Shown here in pieces: positions 27,605 to 36,898 of a stretch of DNA of 64,000 bases. Below the pieces are notes generated by a model. That model saw nothing but the letters and a program-made list of their open reading frames with translations, was not told where the DNA came from and did not search any database. Each line of letters starts with the position of its first letter. The stretch's first letter is position 1. The stretch is taken from IMG/VR virus record IMGVR_UViG_3300037808_002146; one strand, given 5' to 3'. Source of the DNA: a virus. Taxonomy: Duplodnaviria; Caudoviricetes. A program made the translations under genes and the position numbers.

Positions 27605-27871
27605 TTACTCTTCAGGATTCCAAGGAGATCCGGAAACTATTTCATCAAAAATATCGATAGACTCGACATTCGTAATTTTTTTTAAATCTTTATTCTTTTT
27701 GTTACTTTTTAGTTTTTGCACTAAACTTTCTAGGTAGGGATCTTTATCAACTAAGCATGTTACTAAACCTGAAATTATCTCTTGCATAGATAGTTTGTTT
27801 TTAAAAGCAAGTATTCTAAATTCAGAGTGTACTGTTTCGTTGAGATTGATATGGACGGATTTTCTATTCAA
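27605..27871 (-). CDS. ribbon-helix-helix-like DNA-binding protein
   Basis: RKSVHINLNETVHSEFRILA...SMQEII pattern. Confidence 0.55.
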   Translation of the reverse strand: MNRKSVHINLNETVHSEFRILAFKNKLSMQEIISGLVTCLVDKDPYLESLVQKLKSNKKNKDLKKITNVESIDIFDEIVSGSPWNPEE

Positions 27872-28473
27872 GCCGCTCCTTCGCCTCCGCCGGCACCAAC
27901 AGCAATAGGGGTTGGTAACTCTCTCTGAGATTGATCTTTTTCATAGTCAGAGCGGTAATCGATGCTAAATCTTTTTTGCATTATGTCTAAGAAACTTTCC
28001 TCAGTATCTTCGCTATATTTAGAAATTAGATAATCCCTAGCTTTCGACATAATAATTTCTTCGATATCTAGTAGAACATCTGCATTTTTAATAATCCTAG
28101 CAGTTTCAGCAGCAAACCGCTCTATGTCTAGGTCCGGACCATCCTCTGATTCTGAGAGAAGAGCTGCCTTTAGGGAATACGACTCTTCTTGCTTTTGTAC
28201 TGCAGCACTTTTTAGTGCGTCTGTTTCAATATCAACAAATAAAGCGTTTAAAGAATCGTCTAGGCTTTTGTTAAGCTCAACTTTATCGTCTTTAGATACT
28301 TCTACTTCTTCTTCGTCACTAGACTCTTCGGAGTCTTCGGTAGTTTCTTCCTCGGTATCTTCTTCAGTGTCTTCTTCAGTGTCTTCGTCTTCTGGAGCTT
28401 CAGCTAGCATTCGGCTAGATCTCCTAAGACCTGATGCTAACTCTAGGAATTCTTTAATGTCGTCTCTTTTCAT
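27868..28473 (-). CDS. highly acidic putative prohead core/scaffold-like protein
   Basis: MLAEA and LLSES motifs; EEDT repeats. Confidence 0.65.
   Translation of the reverse strand: MKRDDIKEFLELASGLRRSSRMLAEAPEDEDTEEDTEEDTEEETTEDSEESSDEEEVEVSKDDKVELNKSLDDSLNALFVDIETDALKSAAVQKQEESYSLKAALLSESEDGPDLDIERFAAETARIIKNADVLLDIEEIIMSKARDYLISKYSEDTEESFLDIMQKRFSIDYRSDYEKDQSQRELPTPIAVGAGGGEGAA
28346..28390. repeat. 12-bp coding tandem repeat (EEDT units)
   Basis: tcttcttcagtg x2 plus degenerate flanking copies. Confidence 0.8.
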
Positions 28474-28475
28474 TA

Positions 28476-29162
28476 CTATTTTCCTTGCTTTGCTTTAGAC
28501 ATAGCTTCGACTTTTGCAATTCTTTCTTCTATCCTAGACCACCTAAGTTCTTTCATCATTGCGAAAGTATAAGATCTTTTATCGCCTAGGTAATCTCGGT
28601 AATATGCGTGCTCCCAGCAATCCAAAACCACAACCGGATAGCTAGCAAAAGGAACATGCTTACTGTTTAAGTCGATTATAACATTCATATACCGATTTAA
28701 GAAAAAGTTATATACAGTCACGGCCCAACCATTACGAGAACTAAGAGCGCACGCAATAAAATCCTTTTGCCACGCATCAAACGATCCAAAATCTCTCTCC
28801 AGTCTCATGAAAGCTATTGAGTCCATGTTGATAACTGAATTTTGGTCTCCTATATTTTCGAAATAATAAGCATGCAAAAAAGAAGCGTTTAAGTTATAAA
28901 CTTCGTCTTCCTTGAGGGATCGAAGCTTAGAGTTGTTAATGTCCGCTAATTCTCTCTCGGCGGTATCTAAAAAAGCTGATACTTCATTCAATTTCTTGAC
29001 ATGATCTTCCAGGATTTGCTGGTGGCTTTTCTTAGTTTTTTCGCTTAGAAGTTCGGTAGAGATTTCATACTTCTTAGACTGCGTAACGTACGCTTCATTT
29101 AATTCGTTTTTAAGAGAATTGTTTATCTCTTTTAAAACTCGCTTTTTCATATCTTTCATCAA
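28476..29162 (-). CDS. sod: Fe/Mn superoxide dismutase family protein with N-terminal extension
   Basis: KSH, FLHAYYFENI, DFGSFDAW, LDCWEHAYYRDY. Confidence 0.88.
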   Translation of the reverse strand: MMKDMKKRVLKEINNSLKNELNEAYVTQSKKYEISTELLSEKTKKSHQQILEDHVKKLNEVSAFLDTAERELADINNSKLRSLKEDEVYNLNASFLHAYYFENIGDQNSVINMDSIAFMRLERDFGSFDAWQKDFIACALSSRNGWAVTVYNFFLNRYMNVIIDLNSKHVPFASYPVVVLDCWEHAYYRDYLGDKRSYTFAMMKELRWSRIEERIAKVEAMSKAKQGK

Positions 29163-29536
29163 TCAACCTCGTAGTTCTTTTCAAAATCGTCTTCATCAAT
29201 AGAAAATTCAGAGTCGTTCGCGTCTGGCATTTTAACTAACTCTTCTTCTTGGCCAGCTATTACATGAGATGTAGAAACTGGGGCTTGAATCCTTGGAGAT
29301 TCTGGAGTTCGAAGGGTAATTTTAATTACCCCGTCTTTGTCTTTTATCTTTTTTATCGTATATTCAAAACCAGATTTCTTATGCCTAACTTTCAAATCAG
29401 GCTCTAAGACTATTCTGCCTTTTTTATCGCTAACGGAAGTCTCTTTTAGAAGAGAGACTATTTTTAATCTATCTTCGTATTCTTTTAGTAGAAGAGCTTT
29501 TAAAAAAGTTTCTGGTCTGTTCATCTTAAACCTCAT
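29159..29536 (-). CDS. hypothetical protein (putative virion)
   Basis: LLKEYE and LLKET motifs. Confidence 0.65.
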   Translation of the reverse strand: MRFKMNRPETFLKALLLKEYEDRLKIVSLLKETSVSDKKGRIVLEPDLKVRHKKSGFEYTIKKIKDKDGVIKITLRTPESPRIQAPVSTSHVIAGQEEELVKMPDANDSEFSIDEDDFEKNYEVD

Positions 29537-29957
29537 TATTAACTAAGTATTTTCTACAAATTATTCCAGACTTATCTAGAATACCTAAACCATCGCTATC
29601 ACGATAATCTTCGGTATACACTATTTCGGAAATGCCGGCATTCACTATTGCTTTAGCGCACATTTTGCAAGGGCTTAAAGTCAAATACATGACTTTCCGC
29701 TTAGGATTATTATAGTCCATTTTTAGCAAACAGTTTATTTCTGCATGAATAAAACCAGAATGTCCGGGTACTTCAGATTCAACTTTGTTTGGACCGCCGG
29801 CATGGTTCCCGTTGTACCCAACTGATAAAACTTGTGTATTGTCAGAAGTTACTACTATAGCACCTACTTTATATCTAGGATCATACGATCTTTCGGAAAT
29901 TGAGTTTGCTACATTTGCCCAAACTTTATCCCAAGATGGCCTTGATTCATTTATCAT
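29526..29957 (-). CDS. dCMP deaminase family protein
   Basis: KVGAIVV, GYNG, HAEINC, TLSPCKMCAKAI. Confidence 0.92.
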   Translation of the reverse strand: MINESRPSWDKVWANVANSISERSYDPRYKVGAIVVTSDNTQVLSVGYNGNHAGGPNKVESEVPGHSGFIHAEINCLLKMDYNNPKRKVMYLTLSPCKMCAKAIVNAGISEIVYTEDYRDSDGLGILDKSGIICRKYLVNNEV

Positions 29958-29958
29958 A

Positions 29959-31380
29959 TTAGCCTTTTAGTAAACCAGCATTCTTTTGCCAAGTTTCAAA
30001 TAGTTTATTAGGAGTTGCGAATTTTTCGTTTAACTTCTTATGTACAAATCTAGTTATCTCGGATTTTGAAATACTCTTTTGACGAGATTCCTGAGTTTGT
30101 GCCAAAACCTGCGCGGCTAAAGCGGGGATCATTTTTTCTAAAGAGTCAAAATTCTTTTTAGCAAACCTCTTAGACTTAATCAAAACTTCTTCATGAGATG
30201 CACGCCAAGTTTTCACAGCTTTAGCGACCGCTCTCTGGACTGCAACTTTGCCTTTATCTATACCGGTAAAAATACCATCTTTCAATTCTTGACTTCTATT
30301 TTTTCTACGAAGAGTATCTTGACTTGACTTAGAAAGAGAAGACTCCCAATCTGAAAGTGCTTTGCTTACAGCATCCTTTGGTGACATTGGCTTAGACTTG
30401 ACAGCCACAGCCGCAGCTTTAATCTCTGCAGCTGGATCAGACTCTGCTTCAGGGTTTTCCGGAATGTCTTCAGGTTTCTCTTCAGATTTCTCTTCAGATT
30501 TCTCTTCAGATTTCTCTTCGCTTTTTTCGTCGGTTTCATCTCCTGATTTTTCCTCAGGAGCCTCTTTGCCTGGAGGCGGAGCTTCCTCAGCGGAGGTTTG
30601 AATTGATTTTATAGCGTCTGTTGGAACTGCAGCTTTTTCAGCTGCTTGAGAAGACTTTTGAACATCTACATCTAGACTTTTTAACTGGCCGTAAGTTAGA
30701 TTCAAGAAGTCATCTGCTAATTTTTCAACTGGCAACTCGCCAACTTTTTCAGTCCCAGGTATATCAGCTACAAATTTGGATTTGCCAAGAAGCGAACCAA
30801 GCTTTGCCATGAAACCTTTTGGCTTTGAGCCTTTAAAAGCTTTAGATATTCCAGATTTTAAATCGTCGCTACTTAATCCATGCTTTTCTAAATCTAACTG
30901 GCCTAAAACCACGTCGTCATCGATATCTTTACCACCTAGGTTTTTAGAAATTAATTTTACTGCATTAGCGAGAGTAGTGCCAGCTGTGTTTGACTTATTT
31001 TGTAAATCGATTACAGCCTGAAGTGCTCTCGCAACATCCATTTTTTTCCCAAAGAAACCTTTGATTTGAGCTGCCATGCTATCTGGATCTGCTAGGTCTA
31101 GTTTACTAGCTAAGGTATCTGCTTTCTTCAAAGAATTTTTCAAGGTATTAAAATAATCTACTAAAGAAGTTAGTTTAAGTTCTTGTGAAGCTTTCAGGTT
31201 TTGATTTACAGCAGACAGTGTTGTTTTTACTGCAACTCTTAATTTTTCTATATCTGAATCTTCAATGTCTTCCATAAGCATACCGTAAACAGAACGATTG
31301 GAAAATGAGTGTTCAAGTAACACTGAGTCGTTTACTAGCTTTAGCGCTATTTCGTATAATATTTCGGAATTTTTTTTCAT
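29959..31380 (-). CDS. putative virion protein with acidic/Pro-rich linker
   Basis: 473 aa; VLLEH and LMED motifs; EEKS repeats. Confidence 0.7.
   Translation of the reverse strand: MKKNSEILYEIALKLVNDSVLLEHSFSNRSVYGMLMEDIEDSDIEKLRVAVKTTLSAVNQNLKASQELKLTSLVDYFNTLKNSLKKADTLASKLDLADPDSMAAQIKGFFGKKMDVARALQAVIDLQNKSNTAGTTLANAVKLISKNLGGKDIDDDVVLGQLDLEKHGLSSDDLKSGISKAFKGSKPKGFMAKLGSLLGKSKFVADIPGTEKVGELPVEKLADDFLNLTYGQLKSLDVDVQKSSQAAEKAAVPTDAIKSIQTSAEEAPPPGKEAPEEKSGDETDEKSEEKSEEKSEEKSEEKPEDIPENPEAESDPAAEIKAAAVAVKSKPMSPKDAVSKALSDWESSLSKSSQDTLRRKNRSQELKDGIFTGIDKGKVAVQRAVAKAVKTWRASHEEVLIKSKRFAKKNFDSLEKMIPALAAQVLAQTQESRQKSISKSEITRFVHKKLNEKFATPNKLFETWQKNAGLLKG
30475..30520. repeat. 12-bp coding tandem repeat (EEKS units)
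   Basis: tttctcttcaga, about 3.8 copies. Confidence 0.9.
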
Positions 31381-31401
31381 GCTATCCTCCGCATTAGTTA
31401 A

Positions 31402-32265
31402 TTATGAAGATTCTTCTTCTTTTTCTGGTTCAAGGGTAAATAAGTCGTCAATATGTTGATCTTTGGGGAGAATAAAGCCTGCAGCTTTTTTATGGCCACC
31501 GCCATTGAATTTTTTAGCAAATTCGCTAACGTCTACGTTTTCGTGAAAAGATCTCAAACTTACTTTTGTCACTCCGGTGTCATGATCGAAATACCAAATA
31601 ACTGCAAAGTCGCAGCCAGGAGACAACCTAGCTCCAATTTCAGACATCCAGTGTGAAGCGTTTACTATCATAACCTTTTTATTCTCGAAGTAACGGATAA
31701 CTGCTTTTTCACAAACTTTTTTAACCACAGTTTTACTATAAGCTAAAATATAAGATCCCCTTTTGACAGAATCGTCAAAGACAGAGTCGTCTTCGAATTT
31801 TTCAAATTCTTCAAACTCAAACGGAACCATATCAAAAGCAGCACTAAACTCTCTAGAATATTCAAGTTCCCACGTCCACAAATCTCTATCTTGTATATAT
31901 CTTATAAATTTGGGTGGCTCTTTACCTGGATGGAAAAAATCCCATGAAAGTATAGCACCCGACTTAGTCATATCGAAGTGAGTATTGGATATATCGTGTA
32001 GCTCTACCATAGCGGATTTATGATGATCTATAACGATGAGTGAAGATGCTTCTTCAATCATTTTCTTAGTAGTTGCATTGTCGAAAGAAAAATCTAAAAT
32101 GACAACAATTTTATCAGTCACGTCTGGAGGAGTTTGTCCATGCTTACACGCATGGTATTCTGCTCGACTTCCCAGTTGTTTCCAAGCCGAATATGCAGCG
32201 CCAAACCCATCGGTACAGTCTGCATGATAAATTACACAATTTACTTGACTAGGCTCTACTACCAT
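31402..32265 (-). CDS. DHH/DHHA1 phosphoesterase
   Basis: IYHADCTDG, LDFS, IDHH, QDRDLW, GGGHKKAAGF. Confidence 0.9.
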   Translation of the reverse strand: MVVEPSQVNCVIYHADCTDGFGAAYSAWKQLGSRAEYHACKHGQTPPDVTDKIVVILDFSFDNATTKKMIEEASSLIVIDHHKSAMVELHDISNTHFDMTKSGAILSWDFFHPGKEPPKFIRYIQDRDLWTWELEYSREFSAAFDMVPFEFEEFEKFEDDSVFDDSVKRGSYILAYSKTVVKKVCEKAVIRYFENKKVMIVNASHWMSEIGARLSPGCDFAVIWYFDHDTGVTKVSLRSFHENVDVSEFAKKFNGGGHKKAAGFILPKDQHIDDLFTLEPEKEEESS

Positions 32266-32334
32266 TATTACACTCTCTAAAATTACTAAATAAAACCATT
32301 TAGATTATAAAACTCTAATTATAAATATTCACTT

Positions 32335-32919
32335 TTACTCGTTTATGAAATGAGCAAAACATTTAGGCTGATACATTTCCGATCCCCCTACCTCTATTCT
32401 TTCATGACCTTCACCTGATATTTTTTCAGTAAAATAAGCATCTTCGCCACAACCGGAACAAACCGCGGGACATATTTGTATGTTAGTAGCCCATGGGAGC
32501 ATTTTATTCATTTCTTTATAGGGCTCCCCATTAGAAGAAAGTTGAAGACTAGAAACTAAAACGGTTTTTCCAGATTTATAAATATCTATCAAAACATCGG
32601 AAACCCCATCGATCATGAAAGCCTCGTCTAAAGCAACAACGTCTACTTCATGTTGCTTGTTATAGGCGTTAAAATATCGATATAAATCAAAGCTAGAGTT
32701 TACCCTAATCATTTTATTAAAATTATCCTTACCGCACTTCCACTCTATGCCAGAATGCGTTACTACCGAATCTTCAGAATACCTTACGTCGACTCTTGGC
32801 TTAAAAAGCAAGACATTCTTATTTTGATACTTGTATCTTTCCAAAGCGGAAAGCAACCTAGTAGTTTTTCCACCAAACATAGGACCAGTAAATATTTCAA
32901 ATCTAGGGTTATTCTTCAT
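32335..32919 (-). CDS. tdk: thymidine kinase (TK1 type)
   Basis: GPMFGGKTTRLL, LLFKP, DEAF, CSGCG zinc site, IEVGGSEMYQPKC. Confidence 0.92.
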   Translation of the reverse strand: MKNNPRFEIFTGPMFGGKTTRLLSALERYKYQNKNVLLFKPRVDVRYSEDSVVTHSGIEWKCGKDNFNKMIRVNSSFDLYRYFNAYNKQHEVDVVALDEAFMIDGVSDVLIDIYKSGKTVLVSSLQLSSNGEPYKEMNKMLPWATNIQICPAVCSGCGEDAYFTEKISGEGHERIEVGGSEMYQPKCFAHFINE

Positions 32920-33898
32920 TAGTACTCCACCAAGCTATAGTTTTATCCAAACCCTCCCTTAAATCTACTTTACTAGTAAAACCTAAGATTTCTCTAGATT
33001 TAGAAATTTCAGCTCTCGTATGCCTAACATCCCCAACTCTCTCTGGGGCATTTATTATCTTTATTTCAAACCTCTCCCTAAGCAAATCAAGTATATCATT
33101 ATTACTATAACTTTTGCCAGTTCCTATATTAAAAATATCGCCTGAAAATTTTGCTTTGTTTAGCGAAGCGATAATATTAGAATCTACAATATCACCAACA
33201 TATACCATATCACGAGTTTGTTCACCGTCGCCGTCGCTTCTGAGTGGCTGTAACCTTTTAATTTTATCCATCCAAGCTGATATTGCTGTAGAATATGGGC
33301 TGTCGCCTAACTGCCCTGGTCCATAAGCATTAAAGTACCTTAAGCAAACGCTGTCTAAGTCGTAAAGCTTCGAGTAAAGAGAACAATAATCTTCGACTAT
33401 TCTTTTTTGAAGTGCATATGGAGATTCAGGGTTAGTCTCTCCGGATTCTATAGATGGAAAATTATCTAAAGAGTTACCATAAATCGCAGATGAGCTACTA
33501 AACACAAACCTTTTAACGTTATCGATGCAAGCTGTCATAAGCAAGACTGATTTTGTAACATTCTGTTCTGTTGTTACAACCGGATTTTTTACAGAATACT
33601 CAACCCTTGGTAATGCTGCTAAGTGGAAAATTATATCGTATTTTTTTTCCGCAATCCTCGATAAAATCTGAGGAGCTGCAAAATCTCCCGTGATTACCAA
33701 AGTTTTATTAGAGTCTTTAGAAGAATCATATCTAGCTAGTAGTCCTGGAGTTATAACCCTAATATCTATAGAAGAGATGTTATCTATGTCTCCATTGGAG
33801 AGATCATCTACAACGTCTACTCTCCACCCTAGATTCACCAGTTTTTTAGTTAGGTTAGAACCAATAAAACCACACCCGCCGGTAACTAAAGCTCTCAT
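32909..33898 (-). CDS. NAD-dependent nucleotide-sugar epimerase/dehydratase
   Basis: TGGCGFIGS, FHLAA, SSSSAIYG, SPYALQK, LRYFNAYGP, TRDMVYV. Confidence 0.93.
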   Translation of the reverse strand: MRALVTGGCGFIGSNLTKKLVNLGWRVDVVDDLSNGDIDNISSIDIRVITPGLLARYDSSKDSNKTLVITGDFAAPQILSRIAEKKYDIIFHLAALPRVEYSVKNPVVTTEQNVTKSVLLMTACIDNVKRFVFSSSSAIYGNSLDNFPSIESGETNPESPYALQKRIVEDYCSLYSKLYDLDSVCLRYFNAYGPGQLGDSPYSTAISAWMDKIKRLQPLRSDGDGEQTRDMVYVGDIVDSNIIASLNKAKFSGDIFNIGTGKSYSNNDILDLLRERFEIKIINAPERVGDVRHTRAEISKSREILGFTSKVDLREGLDKTIAWWSTNEE

Positions 33899-35052
33899 AG
33901 TTCTCCCGAAGTTGTCTTTATGTTATCTTGTCTATAATTGGAAAAACCAGAATCTTCTAACTCTCCATGGAGATATTTTATTACTTCGTATGTCATATCT
34001 CTCGCGGTGCAAGTTGGAACATTTTGAGCTACATCATTTAATCTCTTGGTTTGAAGATTAAAGTCAGATGGAAGTCCCATTAGGTGCATTATCTCTCTAT
34101 GACTCATCCCTCGGGGTTGGGTAGGGTGCATTATCATTTGCAAAGTTCTTCCAACTATTGCGTTAGTACATGAATTATAAAAAGCTGGAGAATGATCTAA
34201 AAAACTTTTCCCCATAGACAGCTTGTTTTTGATGTGTTCAAATTTTCTAACTTCTTTGTGTTCTGGGTTGTGTGTTGTAAGCCACTCTAAACATTCATCA
34301 ATCAATTCGTTTCGTACGATAAATTGGTGAATTGAGTGAGCTGGACCAGAACCAAACTCGCCGATAAAGTCTTTATGCGAAAACCCATATTTTTCAAGCA
34401 AAAAAGTGTAAGAAGGGAATTTTTCAAAAATATTGTTTATATTGTATAAGTCTTGTTGTTTTGAACTGCCAGGAATTTTTCCTAAATAATCAATCAAATT
34501 ATCGTGCTCCCTATCATACCAATTCATAATCGGAGCATTTTTCGAATCCCAAAAAAAATAAAATGTTCGCAGCCTCTTTTGAGGAATCCCATGCTTGAAT
34601 GTCGAAGTTCTATATATTGAAAAAGAGTATCCATTATCTTCAGCGATTTGCTTAAGCTGCTCTCTAACGCTATTTCCTGATTTTGTATAAAGGGCTGGAG
34701 CATTTTCTCCCCAGTAAACCTTTGGCCTAAGTTGCTCTAAAACTAGTTTCGATGTTTTCATCATCCAAACATTTTGGCTATCTCTAGTTGACCGATCTTG
34801 ACTGGTATTCAGTTGACTCAATCCCGCACAAGGGCAAACTGAGTTGACAAAATCTAAATTATCTTCTGGCAAAATAGATTCGTCTAAGTCGATTCTCCTA
34901 ACATTAGGCCAGTAGTTAACTAAGTGGTTTTCGTTTTGCTCAAAAGCCTTAAAGCTCAAATGAAACTTGGGTAAGTTTCCAGTTGCTTGGCTACATCCTA
35001 TCGCAGATCCGCCTATTAACGGGATCATAGTAGCCCAAGATATATCACTCAT
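33895..35052 (-). CDS. C5-cytosine DNA methyltransferase-like protein
   Basis: Motif IV PCAGLS, motif VI GENAP, motif VIII PQKRLR; motif I is atypical (IPLIGG). Confidence 0.75.
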   Translation of the reverse strand: MSDISWATMIPLIGGSAIGCSQATGNLPKFHLSFKAFEQNENHLVNYWPNVRRIDLDESILPEDNLDFVNSVCPCAGLSQLNTSQDRSTRDSQNVWMMKTSKLVLEQLRPKVYWGENAPALYTKSGNSVREQLKQIAEDNGYSFSIYRTSTFKHGIPQKRLRTFYFFWDSKNAPIMNWYDREHDNLIDYLGKIPGSSKQQDLYNINNIFEKFPSYTFLLEKYGFSHKDFIGEFGSGPAHSIHQFIVRNELIDECLEWLTTHNPEHKEVRKFEHIKNKLSMGKSFLDHSPAFYNSCTNAIVGRTLQMIMHPTQPRGMSHREIMHLMGLPSDFNLQTKRLNDVAQNVPTCTARDMTYEVIKYLHGELEDSGFSNYRQDNIKTTSGEL

Positions 35053-36446
35053 TTTTTTCTCCTAACCCTCTTTTGCTTGTAACAAGCAAACTCTCTACGA
35101 GCTTTCTTCTCGAAGAAACATAACGATTGATTTGTAACTTGTTTAATACCAACAGCTGGGATTTTTCCTTGTTCGATTATCTTGAGGTAGTCTTCAAAAA
35201 CTCTTTCGCTTTGAAAGAGGTGGGTGAGCATCTCTTTGTCATTTGTGAATTTGTTGTTGTCTTTTCCAGCCTTTAGAATATAGTCAAACATTTCTGGCAA
35301 AACGTTGTCAGCGTTAAACTCTCTATCGATAAAATCAAAACTAGAATCCCTGTATTTTTGTTGCTCTAACGGGTTGTTAGCAATTGATATTAGTTTATCC
35401 GCTGTTTCTCCCAAGTCGTCTCGAGAAGACCAAACAGCTAGATAGTCGTTATCGATGTACTTACTCCCGTTGGAATCAGTGTTATGTTCTCCATAGTGTT
35501 TATCAAAAACAGGAATAGTTCCACATCCTATAATTTCGATTTGTGTATACTCCATCCTATCGCCATAGTTGTGTGGTTCTTTTGGTAGCCGGTAAAAAGA
35601 GCAGCCAAATAAAGAGGTGGAGATTAGATCCATACCGTCAGCATAATCATACGGGCCAAAAGTGGGAACTCCATCAAGATCCCAGTCATAATTTTCAAAC
35701 TTCAAATTATAGATAGAATTTGGGTGATCTATAATATCGAACTTAGCCCCAATAGAGCGTTCAATACCGTGAAGAGCTAAACGAAAAGATGGATCTTTTT
35801 CTTTCATTATAGGATATAAATCTAAAACGCGGCGAGGATCCTTCATAGAAGTCCAGCGACCTACGTAAGTTAGTTTTCGTTCCTTTTCATTTAAGCTAAA
35901 TTTATCCCTATAATTTTTCTTTAATTCAGATAAATCTACCCACATTTTGAATCTCTTTGTTCTTTCCCCTAAGACTTTGCTGGGCAAATATGAGGAAAAC
36001 TCTTTTGAAAAGAAAGTTTTTTCCGAGAAATTATAAACAATATCACAGTAATTTAGAATAGGGATAATCATCGGAATAGCATCGATATTAGCTTTTTTAA
36101 TTTCGTGCATCATTCCAACCAAGACTGGTTTTTTAATCTTTTTAACTAAACCCTCATAAAAAGACATCACTGCTTGAGGAGAATGCTTAGAGGAGGGATA
36201 AGAGTTGAGAATAACTGTATCATATTCGCGGTTTAGCTTCTCAACCAGAGAGGGGATCTCTGTATGCTTAAACTCAATTGGCTCAATTGGCATAGAGTGC
36301 CCTTTAGCTCTAGCAAAGCTTCGTCCTTTCATAAAAAATATATCAAATTTGACATCATTCCTTTGCGCCCAAGTAGCAATCTCAACTGCTCCTCTTTGAA
36401 CGCCACAGCCATCAAGCCCTTTGCCAAAAATCATAGCAATTTTCAT
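35049..36446 (-). CDS. GT-B glycosyltransferase resembling T4 DNA alpha-glucosyltransferase
   Basis: GKGLDGCGV, LNSYP, VGRWTSMKD, GIERS, MEYTQIEIIGCGTIPVF parallel T4 AGT segments as I recall them. Confidence 0.75.
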   Translation of the reverse strand: MKIAMIFGKGLDGCGVQRGAVEIATWAQRNDVKFDIFFMKGRSFARAKGHSMPIEPIEFKHTEIPSLVEKLNREYDTVILNSYPSSKHSPQAVMSFYEGLVKKIKKPVLVGMMHEIKKANIDAIPMIIPILNYCDIVYNFSEKTFFSKEFSSYLPSKVLGERTKRFKMWVDLSELKKNYRDKFSLNEKERKLTYVGRWTSMKDPRRVLDLYPIMKEKDPSFRLALHGIERSIGAKFDIIDHPNSIYNLKFENYDWDLDGVPTFGPYDYADGMDLISTSLFGCSFYRLPKEPHNYGDRMEYTQIEIIGCGTIPVFDKHYGEHNTDSNGSKYIDNDYLAVWSSRDDLGETADKLISIANNPLEQQKYRDSSFDFIDREFNADNVLPEMFDYILKAGKDNNKFTNDKEMLTHLFQSERVFEDYLKIIEQGKIPAVGIKQVTNQSLCFFEKKARREFACYKQKRVRRKK

Positions 36447-36898
36447 TTATTTTTTCTCCCCGTTTTTAAGACTCTTTCCCTCAACTGCGTAGTAGAGAAA
36501 GAATGCCTCCTATTATTATAATGGATAGGACATAAGTCAACGCCTGTATGGTTTGTGCCTTTGTACTCTTCTCCAACTACCCTAATGTCTGGGTTTATTG
36601 TCAAGATTACATCAACTAAATCTTTTTCAGAACCAAATGGAATTATTTCATCTACATATTTGCATGCAGCTAACTGCAAATATCTTTCCATAATACTTTG
36701 AATTGGCTTATTCTTTATTTCTGGACGATCGTTTGTAGGATCTGTCAAGAGTCCTACGATCAAGTAATCACAAAGCGATTTACTTTCCTGCAGCATCACA
36801 ACATGTCCAGCATGGAATAAGTCGAAAGTAGAACACGTAAAACCAACAATCGGATCTCTTCCCAAGCTTTCTGCTAGTTTCTTTTTATCTAAAAACAA
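36443..36898 (-). CDS. cytidylyltransferase (TagD/RfaE-like HxGH family)
   Basis: TFDLFHAGH, LIVGL, KYVDEII, GEEY, FSTTQLR. Confidence 0.88.
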   Translation of the reverse strand: MFLDKKKLAESLGRDPIVGFTCSTFDLFHAGHVVMLQESKSLCDYLIVGLLTDPTNDRPEIKNKPIQSIMERYLQLAACKYVDEIIPFGSEKDLVDVILTINPDIRVVGEEYKGTNHTGVDLCPIHYNNRRHSFSTTQLRERVLKTGRKNK

